Shown in pieces: positions 1 through 13,512 of a stretch of DNA of 64,000 nt; the first letter of the stretch is position 1; every line of letters begins with the position of its first letter. The DNA comes from Paramecium tetraurelia (lineage: Eukaryota). The position numbers and the translations under genes were made by a program. The stretch spans positions 1-64,000 of the forward strand of contig CT868006.1 of NCBI GenBank assembly GCA_000165425.1, written 5' to 3'. Under the pieces are notes generated by a model. It did not search any database, was not told where the DNA came from, and saw only the letters and a program-made list of their open reading frames with translations.

Positions 1-60
1 CCAACCCCCAACCCCAACCCCAAACCCAAACCCAAACCCAAACCCAAACCCAAAGCCAAA
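1..60. repeat. Macronuclear telomere, mixed CCCCAA / CCCAAA repeats
   Basis: ccaaccccca accccaaccc caaacccaaa cccaaa... at window start; a G4T2/G3T3 mixture is characteristic of Paramecium. Confidence 0.95.
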
Positions 61-593
61 TGCAGTGCATCATCCAAAACGAAACCCTTCCGTGGTAAGC
101 TACATAAATTCTTTCTTAAAACCTGAATCTTTGTCATTTCCTTCATTCATTTTTTCAACCAAGAACAAAAATCCTCTTTGCGATTTAATTATATTTATAT
201 CTCAATTTATTTGTGGTTTTTTCTAGTAAAATTGAAAATTTTTATTAATGTCTCAACATTCCATAATTATTTTAATCCTTTAATATCTTACTCAAATCAC
301 AAACCCAGCTTCGTACTTTTAACACATTCTTCAATATCAATTCCTACTTCTAAATCCAACTTTTCAAACCTCTCAACCATATTAAACAAAATCTCTAATC
401 TATGAAAATGCTAATTGCTTTTTGATTAAATCCATTTATCAATTCTAAAAATCATAACATTTTAGTTCTAAATTATTTTAATGATTACTTTTGATTGCAT
501 CACAATAAACTCATCTAAAACTTGCAACCTAGAAAAGAGGCGATCTTTTTTCTAAACCTTAAAATGAATCCATTTTAAATGACTTCTAATATT

Positions 594-690
594 ACTCCAA
601 CATAAAATGTGGACTCAACCCATAACAAATACTTAACCCAAACCCTAAACCCACTCCCAACTAAAATGTGTAACTGTAACCCAAAACCCA
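594..690. repeat. Degenerate telomere-like / imperfect ~58-bp tandem repeat
   Basis: actccaacataaaatgtg (594) vs actcccaactaaaatgtg (653), interspersed with aacccaaaccctaaaccc and aacccaaaaccca. Confidence 0.4.
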
Positions 691-741
691 TTAGAAAAGT
701 CATTAATAAATTAAAAATTGAATAATTTAACATAACTCTTC

Positions 742-1253
742 ATGGATTCATGTTAGTCTATTTTTTCTTTTTTATCTTTTAATTGGAAGAGGGTTATTGG
801 AAAAGTTTCATAGAATATCTTTTAGGAAGTGGCTCCGAGCCTAAGAACTAACATCAGTATGATTTCTATCATTTGCAAACCATTCCTGCAATTGGTTGAC
901 TAGAGTTCTTTCCAAGAGGTTATATCCAAAAGTGAATAGGGAGTTAGTTAATTGCCATTTGCAGATAGAGATATGAACAATTTGATTAGTCTTTGGAATA
1001 GAAATCTTCGCCAGGAATTTGACATGTTTAGGGAAAAAAATTATAGCAAAACTTTGCCAAATGTACAAACATAGGAGAGAGTTTGAGATATCAATTTACA
1101 TTGACCATTGAGCAACCTAAATCTGTAAGCAAAATTTCTGATGGTATTGTATCTTGGCAATAAAATGACAGCAAAATAATAAAAAGTTTCCATCATCCAC
1201 TAGGTAATTGCTAGCGTTTTTATGTCTCTAATTAAATCATTCTGGTAGCTTGA
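742..1253 (+). pseudogene. Possible degraded coding region of unknown product
   Basis: Code-6 ORF 742-1086 (MDSCQSIFSFLSFNWKRVIGKV...) with further open stretches in a shifted frame; no recognisable domain. Confidence 0.25.
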
Positions 1254-2028
1254 AAATTTTTTAGATATGACTCATCAGTGGCTTAACCTGCTCTCATTAC
1301 TTCTTAAAAGGTTAATATTTAACGAAAAACGAAAACGTTAAATCATTACCAGCGGCTACAGCACATTCAATAGAGCCACAGTATTGAGTAGGATTCCTTA
1401 ATAATGTTTCGTCGCCAGTAATGCCAACCCTCAGAAATATTTAAGAGTTATTAAATTTTAGTTCCATCCAAAAACAATACCTTTGCTGGAATATAAGTGA
1501 TTTTTATTGAAAACCAGTAAATAATAAGGAGTTGTCTAAACTTTAGGACAAGTAAAAATAACAAGGAAAGTATGAAATTAAAATTGAATTCTCGAACAAT
1601 AATTATAGGATTGAGCAAAATAGATAAAGAGTTATTTAAATTAATGGATTACATTTTTATCCAAAATATAATTCATTATTAAATAGCAACAAAGATATCA
1701 TATATATGCACATTAAAACATAAATTATTACATATCTAAAGATAACTGAAAATTTAATAAACTTGGATTTTACTAGCTTACAATACTTGTAGCCAAAATA
1801 AATTGCGATCTGGTATTGCATTAATTTCCACTTACTATTAAATATCATATTTTAACTATTTACTTAACTATTATATTAATATCAATCGATATTGTGTGAA
1901 TTTTCTGTTAATAAAAGTTAAGTCTGTATTATCTTAATATTTGCTTTAAAATATCAAAAAACATGTTGTATTAATCTATCGCTTTTATTATTTTATTATT
2001 AAAGAAAAAAACTCATATAGGAGTTGCT

Positions 2029-2589
2029 NNNNNNNNNNNNNNNNNNNNNNNNNNNNNNNNNNNNNNNNNNNNNNNNNNNNNNNNNNNNNNNNNNNNNNNN
2101 NNNNNNNNNNNNNNNNNNNNNNNNNNNNNNNNNNNNNNNNNNNNNNNNNNNNNNNNNNNNNNNNNNNNNNNNNNNNNNNNNNNNNNNNNNNNNNNNNNNN
2201 NNNNNNNNNNNNNNNNNNNNNNNNNNNNNNNNNNNNNNNNNNNNNNNNNNNNNNNNNNNNNNNNNNNNNNNNNNNNNNNNNNNNNNNNNNNNNNNNNNNN
2301 NNNNNNNNNNNNNNNNNNNNNNNNNNNNNNNNNNNNNNNNNNNNNNNNNNNNNNNNNNNNNNNNNNNNNNNNNNNNNNNNNNNNNNNNNNNNNNNNNNNN
2401 NNNNNNNNNNNNNNNNNNNNNNNNNNNNNNNNNNNNNNNNNNNNNNNNNNNNNNNNNNNNNNNNNNNNNNNNNNNNNNNNNNNNNNNNNNNNNNNNNNNN
2501 NNNNNNNNNNNNNNNNNNNNNNNNNNNNNNNNNNNNNNNNNNNNNNNNNNNNNNNNNNNNNNNNNNNNNNNNNNNNNNNNNNNNNNNNN
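2029..2589. other. Assembly gap (N run)
   Basis: Run of N. Confidence 1.
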
Positions 2590-2877
2590 TGCAGAAAGGC
2601 AGATCTCTTGTTTTCTTATTGTAGTGGTACTCAAATAAATAATGAATTTATGATAATATCAAATGTATACAAAATATTTTGGTTTAAAATGTCATGAATA
2701 ATTGTAATCTCAGAATTCTGTTAGAACATTAGAGCTTCAAGTCTTTCCAAGATATTAGCTTACTCTATGTTAAGAATTAAGGTTTTTTAACAAATCTAAA
2801 AAATTCGCTGTTTAGTTGTATTCCATTAATGATATTATGCAAATCTTTAGCTTTTATCTTTCATTAATATTTATTTA

Positions 2878-5800
2878 ATGTTTATTGAGTTCCTCCTTAT
2901 TCAATTATTTAGATTAAATGTTGAAGCCTATTATCTTTAGAATTTTGCTTCTCCATCAAGCTCTAATGACGAAGGTAAATATAAAGTCATTATTTAGGGT
3001 GGTTAATCAAAAATCCTTATAATGGAGCTTCTGTCCATACATATGATTGTGGAGGAAACACAATTCTTGGAGGATATTAGATATTTGGATGCTACTTATC
3101 TACGAAAACATCATTAATGAAATATTTCCGCCTGCCACCTCATTACAAAGTTCGTGTTGATATCACCTTCTGGAAGTTTAATATTAAAATATCTTAAGAA
3201 TTGATGATTGGCAAGCAAACGTACAAAAATTTTACATAATTATTGATTAATGGACTCAGACTTGGCAATTTGCAAATAATGCAGGATCAGATTAATGCGG
3301 GGGCAGTGGTACAGACTTTAGCGCTCTGTAATATAATGATTTTTCTTTACATACTTTGAATTCAATAATTGTTGAGTTTTACTCAGACTGTGATAGCACT
3401 GTATTTTTTATTTTTAACACCTTAAGAACTTTTGGGGGTTAACTAATTTCTAAATAACTTTAAATGAATGCTACTTAGGATGTCTATTTTGTTTTGATTC
3501 AACAGTTGATTGCATCATGTGGAAATTGTGGCAATCATTCTTTTAACTATAATATCTTGATGATGGTTTAGAGGGATGGAATAAAAATAAATTTCCATCA
3601 TTTTCTGACACTATAAATGATAGTAAATTTTGTAACCTATTATAGTTTAATTGAAGATGCTTATCTTGCATTAAACGGATTCTGCAATAACTTATCTCAC
3701 CCTTCCAGATCACTCTTCTTTGATTATTCAATTTAGAGTTGAGTATTATACAGCCTTGCCAATAATTGTAAGAGTTTTCATAGATGATGTATACCAATAT
3801 GGGCTCATGAATTATAAAAAAGAGGTTGATTTTAGGACAACGACAATTTAGAATTCAAAAAATGCAATTAAATTAGAAATATACTGTGAGGATGGCACAG
3901 TAGGTATCCGTGAGGTATAAATAATTCTTCGTGGACCAATAAATTTAATCTCATGTCTCGATGACAATTTAGTCCCTTTTGATGGTTGCTTTTCTAAAAT
4001 AAGTATCTTGTTTAGAAGGTTGTGTATTTTGTGTCAAAGGAGAATGTTTGATGTGTGATACTAGATGGGATTATGATTCTGTAAACTAAACTTGTGAATC
4101 TTTATGTGGAGATAAATATATCACAACGAATGAATAATGTGATGATGGAAATGACATCCCATTTGATGGTTGTCATTAATGCAACTTTTCATGTCCTTTA
4201 AACTGTTAAAATTGTATCTTTGGTAAATGTCAGACTTGCAATTCTGGTTATTATTATTCTAATGGAATCTGTAACAGTAATTATGATAATTTGCTGACTT
4301 TATCGATATCTCAAGTTGACTAAAATTAATAACCAAATTATTTAGTCGAAATTGATGTTGCAGTATGTGGAGATGGGAAAGTCTAATAGGATGAAGAATG
4401 TGATGATGGTAATAACTTTTCTAATGATGGATGCTATAATTGTTATTTTTAATGCATTTCAAGTTGTTAGAAATGCATTTTTAATAAATGCTTATAATGT
4501 AGTCCAACATATGAATTAATAAACGGAAAATGCTATGAAAAGCAAACATAATTCAGATCAGTAAGTTGTAACAGATTAGATTCACTAGCTAGTGATAATT
4601 TAATATAAGAATTAAGCTAATTTACATGTTGTGACACTGCTGATACCTAATACTATAATATTTGTGACCTTGAAAGATCAAGAATCAAATATAATGATCA
4701 AATAATTGATCTTAGATGCCCCTTTAATTGTGAAATCTGTTAACTAGGGTAATGTAAACAATGTTTGGCTAACTATTTCCTATTAAAAAACTAATGCATC
4801 TCTTAAATTACCAAAGGAGTACTAGTAGAAGATGGAATTCATATAGGCCAAACCGAAATCGGATGCTACAAATGCAAAGATAGTTGTCAGGTTTAATGTC
4901 TTTAATGTATTGATTCCTATTGCTTGCTTTGTATTGATGGCTGGTCACTTGTGAATGGTATATGCAAATACATTTGTGGAGATAATTAAATAGCTATTTG
5001 GTCTGTAGAATAATGCGATACAAATTTAGATTATTGTATGGACTGTTAGTTCGTCTGTTCTGAAAACTGTTCATATTGTATTAATTTTTAAGATTGTTTG
5101 GTTTGTACATTACCTTACATTTTGGTTAATTAAGAATGTTAATTACCTTGTATAACAGGATGTAAGTAATGTAGTAATGGCATTTGTTATGATAACTGTC
5201 CAAATGGAGAGTTAAATATTGATGGCATTTGCTATTCAATTTGTGGCGATGGGATTGTATAATAAAAAGAGTAATGTGATGATGGGAATGACATATAATT
5301 TGACGGTTGTTTCAAATGCCAATATTCATGTTCTCGATATTGTGAAAATTGTTTTGAAGGAGTTTGTTATTAGTGTTAGCAATTCTTTAAACTGATACAA
5401 AATGAGTGTTATGATGACTGTGGCAGTGGAATAAAATCTTACGATGAATAATGTGACGATGGCAATCTTATTAATGTGGATGGGTGTTCTTCTAATTGTC
5501 AGATTGAAATTGATTATAAGTGTTAGGAGTAAGCTTATAGTTATTCTGATTGTCAATATGCTGAATCTCCTTATATGTTTGTCAAATTCTTAAACCAAAC
5601 ATACGATAAATATTTTTTTGAGATATCATTCTCATAAGCAATCTTTTTTAAGGATAATTATGATTTGGAATCTCTTTTTGAGTTTAGCATTGATGAAATA
5701 AGCGATGAGGATTATTAAATAAAGTTAGAGTCATACTTTGAACCTGTAATTAATAAAATTCTAAACTTTTAATTTCAGGTATAAATTGAACTATTTGTAT

Positions 5801-7116
5801 CTACTAATAGTAGTAGTCTCACTTTTTTTAATTTATTTCTGATAAATGAAGCATATAATTCAGATGAAATGGAAATACTCAATCCATCAGAGAAAGTATC
5901 ACTTAAAAAATATTCTAAATTGAGTCAATCTGACATAGAAAAGACTAAATAGCTCACTTAATATTAAGAAGCTATGATTATGGCTTAAGGGATAGGTAGT
6001 GTAATTGTACTAATTTCTGGAAATTTTTAAATTTTTGTCGAAATTCTAGACAATTTACAGTATCAATCATATTTAAAGTACATTAACGTTATTTATCCCG
6101 AAAATCTCTACCTTTTTTTTGAAGCCACTAATTTAATAAGTATTGTTCCAATTTTAGATTATTTATAATTTAATGGATTCTATTAAAGATTTCTATTTTA
6201 CGAATTTATTGAGTCTTATGCTAAATTATAGTTTTACAATTTAAATGCTCATTTAATTACTAATCTGCAATTCTTTTTCATCTAAGTAATATCTACCTTT
6301 ATATTTGTTATGATTCTGAGATTAATTTCAAAACTCACCTTTAGAATAGTCTACAGAATATAATCCTAACATTATCTAATTTTTAGGCTTAGAAGTTTAT
6401 AATCAAAATTGCTTATCTAAATATTCAATTGGATTTTTAATTTTTTTCATTACATTTTGACTTTTCTGGCAGAATTTTACTAAAATGGTGTATTAGATGT
6501 TTTGCTTGCAAACGCTTGGGATTTGCTATTTAAAATATTTTTAAGTTTAACATCCTCCTCAAAATAAGATATTATTTCTCGAATATAGAACATCATTTCT
6601 TATTTGGTCTTGGCAGCCTCAGGAGGCTTTATCACATCCTCATTAAAGCCTGTTTTTTCAAGAAAGAATTAGATGCTAATTAATAGATATCGGGCAGTTT
6701 ATTTACTTAAATAATTTTTGTTTTGTTATTTCTTGATATGTTTTCAAAATCATTAATTGATCTAAATATTGATGTTGACAACTACAAATATCATTTACTT
6801 AATTGTATTAATTTTCGCAAAACTTAACTTGTAGGCATTAGATAAATTGTAAATGATTATAATGGAAATTTCAATTATTACATTTACTTTTTCTACGATA
6901 TTTTATTTGAAAGATTACAGTGATTTAATAAGTGAGTAAGATAAGATAGTGTTGGGTTTTGCTTAAATATATTTGTTGATTTCAGGCTTATTAGGAATTT
7001 TCATTAAATAAGTCATTATGATGTATAAATAAATTAAAAAACGATGCTTTAAGATTAAATAGAGGAAAAAGATCTCCAAATAAGTTACACACCTGATATT
7101 TGAGGTTGTTTCATGA
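2878..7116 (+). CDS. Large Cys-rich surface/membrane protein with Myxococcus-type cysteine-rich (DUF4215-like) repeats and a C-terminal multi-TM region; apparent frameshift near 3997
   Basis: Signal-like start MFIEFLLIQLFRLNVEA; tiny introns (e.g. gtaaatataaagtcattatttag); repeated CGDxxxxxxEQCDDGNxxxxDGC motifs (4107, 4367, 5243, 5419); hydrophobic C-terminal segments; TGA at 7114-7116. Confidence 0.8.
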
Positions 7117-7622
7117 CTCTAAATACTTTTTATATATAAATTTATATTAGATAAATTTACATAAAAATAAATTTAGTTTTAAAAAATCATTTTCATTTGT
7201 AATAGATAATCATTTTCAATTTTATTTCATCTAATTTTTCAAAAAACCAAAATTAATTGCTCATTATGTATGCATTTTAATTAACTTAATATGGTTTAAA
7301 TTGATAGTTTTCATTTTCTCATGGGAGTAACAAATTGATCTGTCAATATTAATACTCAATTAAGTTCATAAATAAAAGATGATTTATTGAGAATTATGCT
7401 TTGATTTTCTGAATTACTAATCAAAATAACCTTGGATAATAAACTAAATTTAAAATCAACAATATACCAATTTCAGTCACAGTTATTTTTCTTATTTTGT
7501 TGCTTACAAAGATTAGAATTAAAATAAATGGAATTTCTTTCTATCATTCCCTATTTAATAGAAAAATTAGAGAGCAAAGTATTTACAATTTTAAATATAA
7601 TAGTATCAAATATTTAATGTTA

Positions 7623-8790
7623 TCAGTCAAAATACTTATACATTTTTATAGATTTTGAAAAATTGTCCCATGATACTAAGTAGGATCCATTTTCATTTAG
7701 AGCAACCTGAGCGGAAGAATCATGAAATTGTAATTAAAACTCTGTAACAAAATCAGGATTATCTTATATTTTCATAAAATTTATTGATATTCCATCTTTA
7801 TTTATGAGTATTTATTTATCTTTAATATACCTTTGATTGAATTTCCTTGAACCCCAGTTCCCATAACTTTAAATTTTGAGTTCTCTTTATCTAATAAACT
7901 CTTGGCCCTAATTCACAAATTTGTAATACCCTAAGGTTTTGAATGCTTCTTAAATTATAAATGAATCAATTCCAATAAAGCTTATTCCAGGTCCTAATTT
8001 ACCTAAATGGAAATTGTAAAGTTTAATCCAATCAGTTTCTCTCTTGACCAATGCAACTATACATTTATTGTAATCTGAGATTATTAATTTATCCCCTATT
8101 TCATTGAGACTTACAGCACATATCCTGATGTTATTGGTATAAGAGAATACAGATTACAATTAGCTTTATTTTATGAAAAACGATACTTTCCAATCATCAC
8201 ATGAAATTATAGAATCTGAATTTTTGTTTGATTGTAAGTTATAAATTGGTGATCTGTGATCTCTTAATTTTTAAATGTATTTTCCATTATTCATACCAAC
8301 ACTGCTTGATACTTATATTTATCCATTAAACATTGCAAATAAAAATAAATTACATTACTTCAAAGATTCTATGAAAGTGACTCTGGATTTAGTAATTTAA
8401 AATAGAGAGATAAATATTAATTCTTCTTTAATAAACAAGTAAGCCTTGAGAATTAATCCAAAACTAGCCAGAATCTTAGTTGAAGTATTATCAAATGCTA
8501 AGAAATTACATTATTAGCTCTAAATTAATTGTGCATATTCTAAAACGTCATAAGTAAACTATTATTTCTATTGTAAACCTAAATTGAATTCTTCTTACAG
8601 ACATGATATCTTATTTTGCATATTTATCGATGTATTTTTTATTGAAATCAATATTTAATTGACATTATAATTATAACAATATGATAATACTTATTATTTG
8701 CAACATCGATTTGATAATCTATTTACATATTCTTCTAATGATAAAATATATTGAAATTAGAGAATTTATTCATTAAATTGCATGTCTAAA
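7623..8790 (-). CDS. WD40-repeat-like protein (5' end unclear; linked by a tiny intron to upstream Cys-rich sequence)
   Basis: Code-6 translation includes QKLRDHRSPIYNLQSNKNSDSIISCDDWKVSF and ...VALNENGSYLVSWDNFSKSIKMYKYFD*. Confidence 0.55.
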
Positions 8791-8810
8791 TAGAATAACC
8801 AAAAATACCT

Positions 8811-9180
8811 TAACAATTATATGTGTACTAAACTTCTGTATACCCTGATTAACATATGCAAGCTTAGTTAATGTCTAGAACTCTATGAGTAAGATCCTCG
8901 TTCCCACAACTTTTGCACTTAGATGGATCATGAAGATCGCAATTCACACAATTTGAAGGGCATTCTAATTTCAGCTCAACAAATTACAAAAGCACTCCTA
9001 CCCTCCAATACCCACAAAATTTTTTTGCATACATATACGTTGACTCCTTTTTCATCAATGCTCAAATTTCTTGTAGCAAGAAAACTTGAACAAAATTCTT
9101 ATGAAGAATCGCAAATTTGACAACTATGTTTGCCTAATTATTCAAAAAGACAATTTACATGATAATATAAGTTCAACGCT
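8811..9180 (-). pseudogene. Degraded furin-like Cys-rich fragment
   Basis: ECPSNCVNCDLHDPSKCKSCGNEDLTHRVLDINQACICQSGYTE; the upstream segment HSCQICDSSQEFCSS is in a broken frame. Confidence 0.4.
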
Positions 9181-9345
9181 AACAAACAAAAGTACTAGCA
9201 TTTAATTTGAAAATTAATAATTAATCTTAAAAGAAGTTAATTTGGTTATATCATGCTTGATTAATTTTAAAATAGATCCTGATGATTTCACATATTGATG
9301 CTCGAATAATGTAATTATATATATATATATATTTAAAATGTCCAA

Positions 9346-12300
9346 TCAGGCAATAATTGAATCTTAAGATGGAAATTATGAAGGCAATATTTAGCTAAAT
9401 CGTATGTTCTTGTTTGATGATGTTGACATCTTTTTCAAGTGTAAGTTACTCCTTAATTGCATCATTCTTAATTTGTTCTTTATCCTCTTAAACTTATTGC
9501 TTTTCTCTATAATTGCTTGATTCATCCTATTGCGTCTTAATTTGAGATACTTGAGTATATAATTGAAAGGGAAAAACATGAATTTCTATAGCTTATCTAT
9601 GATATCCTTTTGCCATGAATGGATATTTTTATTTACAACGTCAATTATCTACTAAACATTATGATGACAATAAAAATAATCATAATTTTTTAGAACTTCA
9701 AAGTTATCTATAGTTTTTTGATTTAACTTCCAGAACAGAGGTTCAATTTGACTTAAGGCTTACCTGACTATAAGCTCATCCTAATCTTGCTTTATTAATT
9801 TATTATAGAGAAGTATTATATTTTCATTTTGAGAATTCTGAAATTCTATTGCCAATTATTTGTCTTCTACTTCTTCATCTTAAATATGTCTCACAGTAAA
9901 AGTAGTCGTAGTACTCTTTTTAATTTATTTGTTTTATGGATGAAGAGTCATTTTCCTAATTATTCTTCCTTAATTTAATTATTATCTCAATTCTCCTTTA
10001 AGATCAATGTCCGTTTCCCTAATTAAGTTTTTCTGAATTCTTATGCTGCTTAGTAAATCCGCACACGCCGCAGATTAAGGAGCAAGGCTAGCCTATTACA
10101 TCTGGGGAGTTAATTTAATATTATCATTTGAAGGTGGAGGTTCAACAGAATTAGATTCGAATAGATCAGATTCATGGTTAAGATAAATTTTGAGTTATTA
10201 ATTGATAATGAGTTAGTTGTCACTAGAAAACACCTTAGCAAACTCTGCCACTAATTCTTTTTCTGATAAGGCCAAAAATATATTTTTCTATCTTCTTCTT
10301 GAAAATGGTGCTCTCTATTAATTGGTTGAATGTTAATAACGTTTTATTACTACTTCTCTGTTAGACTTTAATTAAATATAAGGACAATGAGTTAATGAGT
10401 GTTCAAATTGTTAACAAGCAGGACAATAGACACTTTTTGTTAAAACTATTGAATCTAAATTTAGAATTATTGAGTCTTTCAATTAACAATATTTTTGAAA
10501 ATCGTCTGGAAAGTCTTTCAGTGTTTATAAGAATTCTTATTTGGATAAAACTAGGAGACTAACATATCCAACAGCTTTGAAAAGTTCCATTTCAGGATCT
10601 TCGATTATAAATTCTTTAACACAAAGAAATTCTCCTACAGTTATGATGGTATTCATTTTAGATCTCTATTTTGAATCTTTATGTTAATACAACAGATGTC
10701 CTTATTCAATAAAACAAAGATGATGTTAACCATTAAAATCAATTTAAAATGTATTTTCTGGTGGAATAACTTTATGTTTAAAATATGTATTTACTTTTCC
10801 TTTTGATGCTCTTGAACAGAGCATTTCTAAATTCATCACTAAAAAACTATTGCAATAAAATAGATTTCTCAATAAAGACTTTATGAGCTTATTTATCTAA
10901 TTCTTCTTTTAGTTCATCAGACAATTGATCCAATAATGCTTATTCTATTTCTAAATCCACCTCATCATCTTCTTTCCACCTATAAGGTTAAGTACTCCTT
11001 TATTCTATGAATAAAATGGCTATTAATACATAATGTTGCAAGGCAAAAGGGATAATTTCGTTTTTGTCGGATATAGCTGTATTAAGATAACAGCGTCTGC
11101 ATCTTCTAATTTCTTTCAACTTAATTTTGAGTTGATGTCTATTCATAATGCCTCCAATAACACAGTTCACACTATACGAAAACCAGTAAACATGCTCCAA
11201 GATATGATATATAGATTGTGATGAATTTTCTCAGTTGGGTTCTTAGGTACATTAATCTCCATAGCCAAATAGTCAACATTGTTACAATTGCAAAATATAA
11301 GGCTTCCAAATATTATAATTGCCAAGATTTATTAGTTAAATCCTTAAAATCAATCCAGGAATCCTCTATTTGCAAACTTGAGATCCAAAACCAAACACAA
11401 CTGAACAGATGCAAAATATAAAACAGTGTTGCTACAAACTTCAGTAAACCTAATATTCCTCTTTAAGGTCTAGTAAAATATGAGAGTTATTCACTTTTTG
11501 AAAGTATCTCATAAACATAAGAATATTATGTTAATGTAACTAATGTGAATAGGTTATAGTACTAATCTTATGGTTCAATAGATAAAAATACTATCATTAT
11601 TATTATTGATAAAAAATCAATAAGCATTGACTTTTTTGCCTAATATACAATAAGTCTCCATCTATCTCGTATAGCTTATCCATTTTAATATTATTAAGTA
11701 TTTATCCTAATCAAGAAATCCATTATAAGAATTATTATTATGATTATAGTCAGTGGAATATTGCTCTCAAACATTATTTGAGTTTTGAATGCTACTTCCA
11801 AAGGTATTAAAACCACTAATATAATCCGAAATAGCGACTGCAAACAAATCCCAATACATTTTGAATACTGATTCTGATGATATTAAAGGTATTTTATCAA
11901 TAAAATTTTATAATATTTTGATTGCCTGCTTTTTCATATTTTAGTAGTATTGCTTCATTGTTTCCATTCTTGTCTCTTCGATGGACGATTGCATCTTCAA
12001 TAACTTCTTCATTGCTTTTAAAGTAAACCCTGCTCTTTGAATCGACTTTGTATATTGCAACACTACATTACTATAATAAAACTCCATATTTACATGTCTG
12101 CAGCTTTATCTCCAATCAAATTCAAATGAGTAAAATTCAATGTCTCAATTATTCTTCTCTTTATTTACAGTTTCTCCAAAAATCGCTTTATCAAAAAGAA
12201 AGCCATCATGCTTGAACCAGTTGAATGCTATTTATTTGTAGGAGTATTTATCAATGTTCTATTCGTCTCTGGAGTATTCTACTGGATGCTTTTTAAAGTA

Positions 12301-12512
12301 ATGTTTTCCATCTTCTGACCATTTAAATCATTAAACGCTTCAATACTCTTGATACTCTAAGTTTAGCTATATAAATTTGGACAGTTAATCGATGTTTCTC
12401 TCTTTGTTGTGCGCAAGCAAAACCCTAAATATTATTACTCAAAATCTTCATGTTATTCAGCTTAAAGCTCTTAATCTAGATCCAAATTGAATCCGGGAGA
12501 TTCGAAATGCAT
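9346..12512 (-). CDS. Cyclic-nucleotide-binding-domain K+ / cation channel family protein; pore region frame-broken in this sequence
   Basis: Six-TM-like region; pore helix YLEALYFAIVTMLTI followed by a shifted GYGD (11255-11266); cNBD-like region (LCFIEQGHLLY, GEFLC, KAVGYVSL); TGA at 9346. Confidence 0.75.
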
Positions 12513-13512
12513 TATTATTATTTATTTTTAATAAGGCTAACTCAAACCTAATTATAATTTTATTCACAGAATTAATATAAAATACAACACAAAATTCAAT
12601 AATTATTGATTCTAGTTTGCGATAATTTATTTTATATATATATTTGAATCATTCTTTCTGTAAATTGCGTAATCTTATATCTAATACAAACTCATAATAT
12701 TTTATATAAAATTATCGAAAATTATTATTATAATCATTACCATTTATTTTATTTGGAATAATATAATTAGATACACACTACTTTAATAACAAAAAATTAA
12801 ATAAAGTTTCATTTATACGTGTTGATACCAACTAAATTTTATTAAAGTTATTTTTCAGCTCAAATTGATATAATCTAAATATTTTGAATAATTTAATTAG
12901 ATTAGAATATTTAAATTTGTCTAATGTTAAATATTCTTTATTATGCCCAATCCTACTTTTATCATTTACTTTTATTTACTTCTTAGAAATAATCAATTGT
13001 CATAGTTTGTATTCTAATTTTAGTGGTCAAAGTTTGACAGGATGTTTCAGATGAACAGTATTGCATTTAAGATTCAATTAAAGAAACTAAAAGAAAATAT
13101 GACAATACAATAAATTGTAATTCTTCAATTTTTTAAAGTAAATGTTGTATTATTTATAATAAATGGTTTTAATACATCAAATAGATTGTAAATTAAAGGA
13201 TAATCTAAAGATTTTGATAAAAGAAAAATGAAAATTCATTCAATCTTACTCTATCTTAAGAACAGAATGTTGATTAAATGATAACCTTTATTTTGTTATT
13301 CAGGTCTTGTTGAAGCATGATTATTCTTCTTTAGATTCATTCTTAATTAATAATCCTGAATTTGTATTATATCTGAATATTTAACTTTATTTATTATTGC
13401 TCTGTTTATATAGATATTCTCTTCAATACATATAAAATATTTGTGAAGTAAAATTAAGATAATTAAAATTATCAATTCATTTAGTATAATTTTTTATAGA
13501 AAAATTAATCAA

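Noticed and set aside
3994..4003. Euplotes-style programmed +1 frameshift at AAA-TAA
   Set aside because: That mechanism depends on TAA being a stop codon; here TAA encodes Gln.
4100..5500. Periodic repeats resembling an array
   Set aside because: They are protein-level Cys-rich repeats within a CDS, not CRISPR or satellite DNA.
9316..9332. (TA)n microsatellite
   Set aside because: Short and expected in DNA this AT-rich.
12890..13320. Possible small gene in the AT-rich spacer
   Set aside because: No consistent frame or homology was recognisable.
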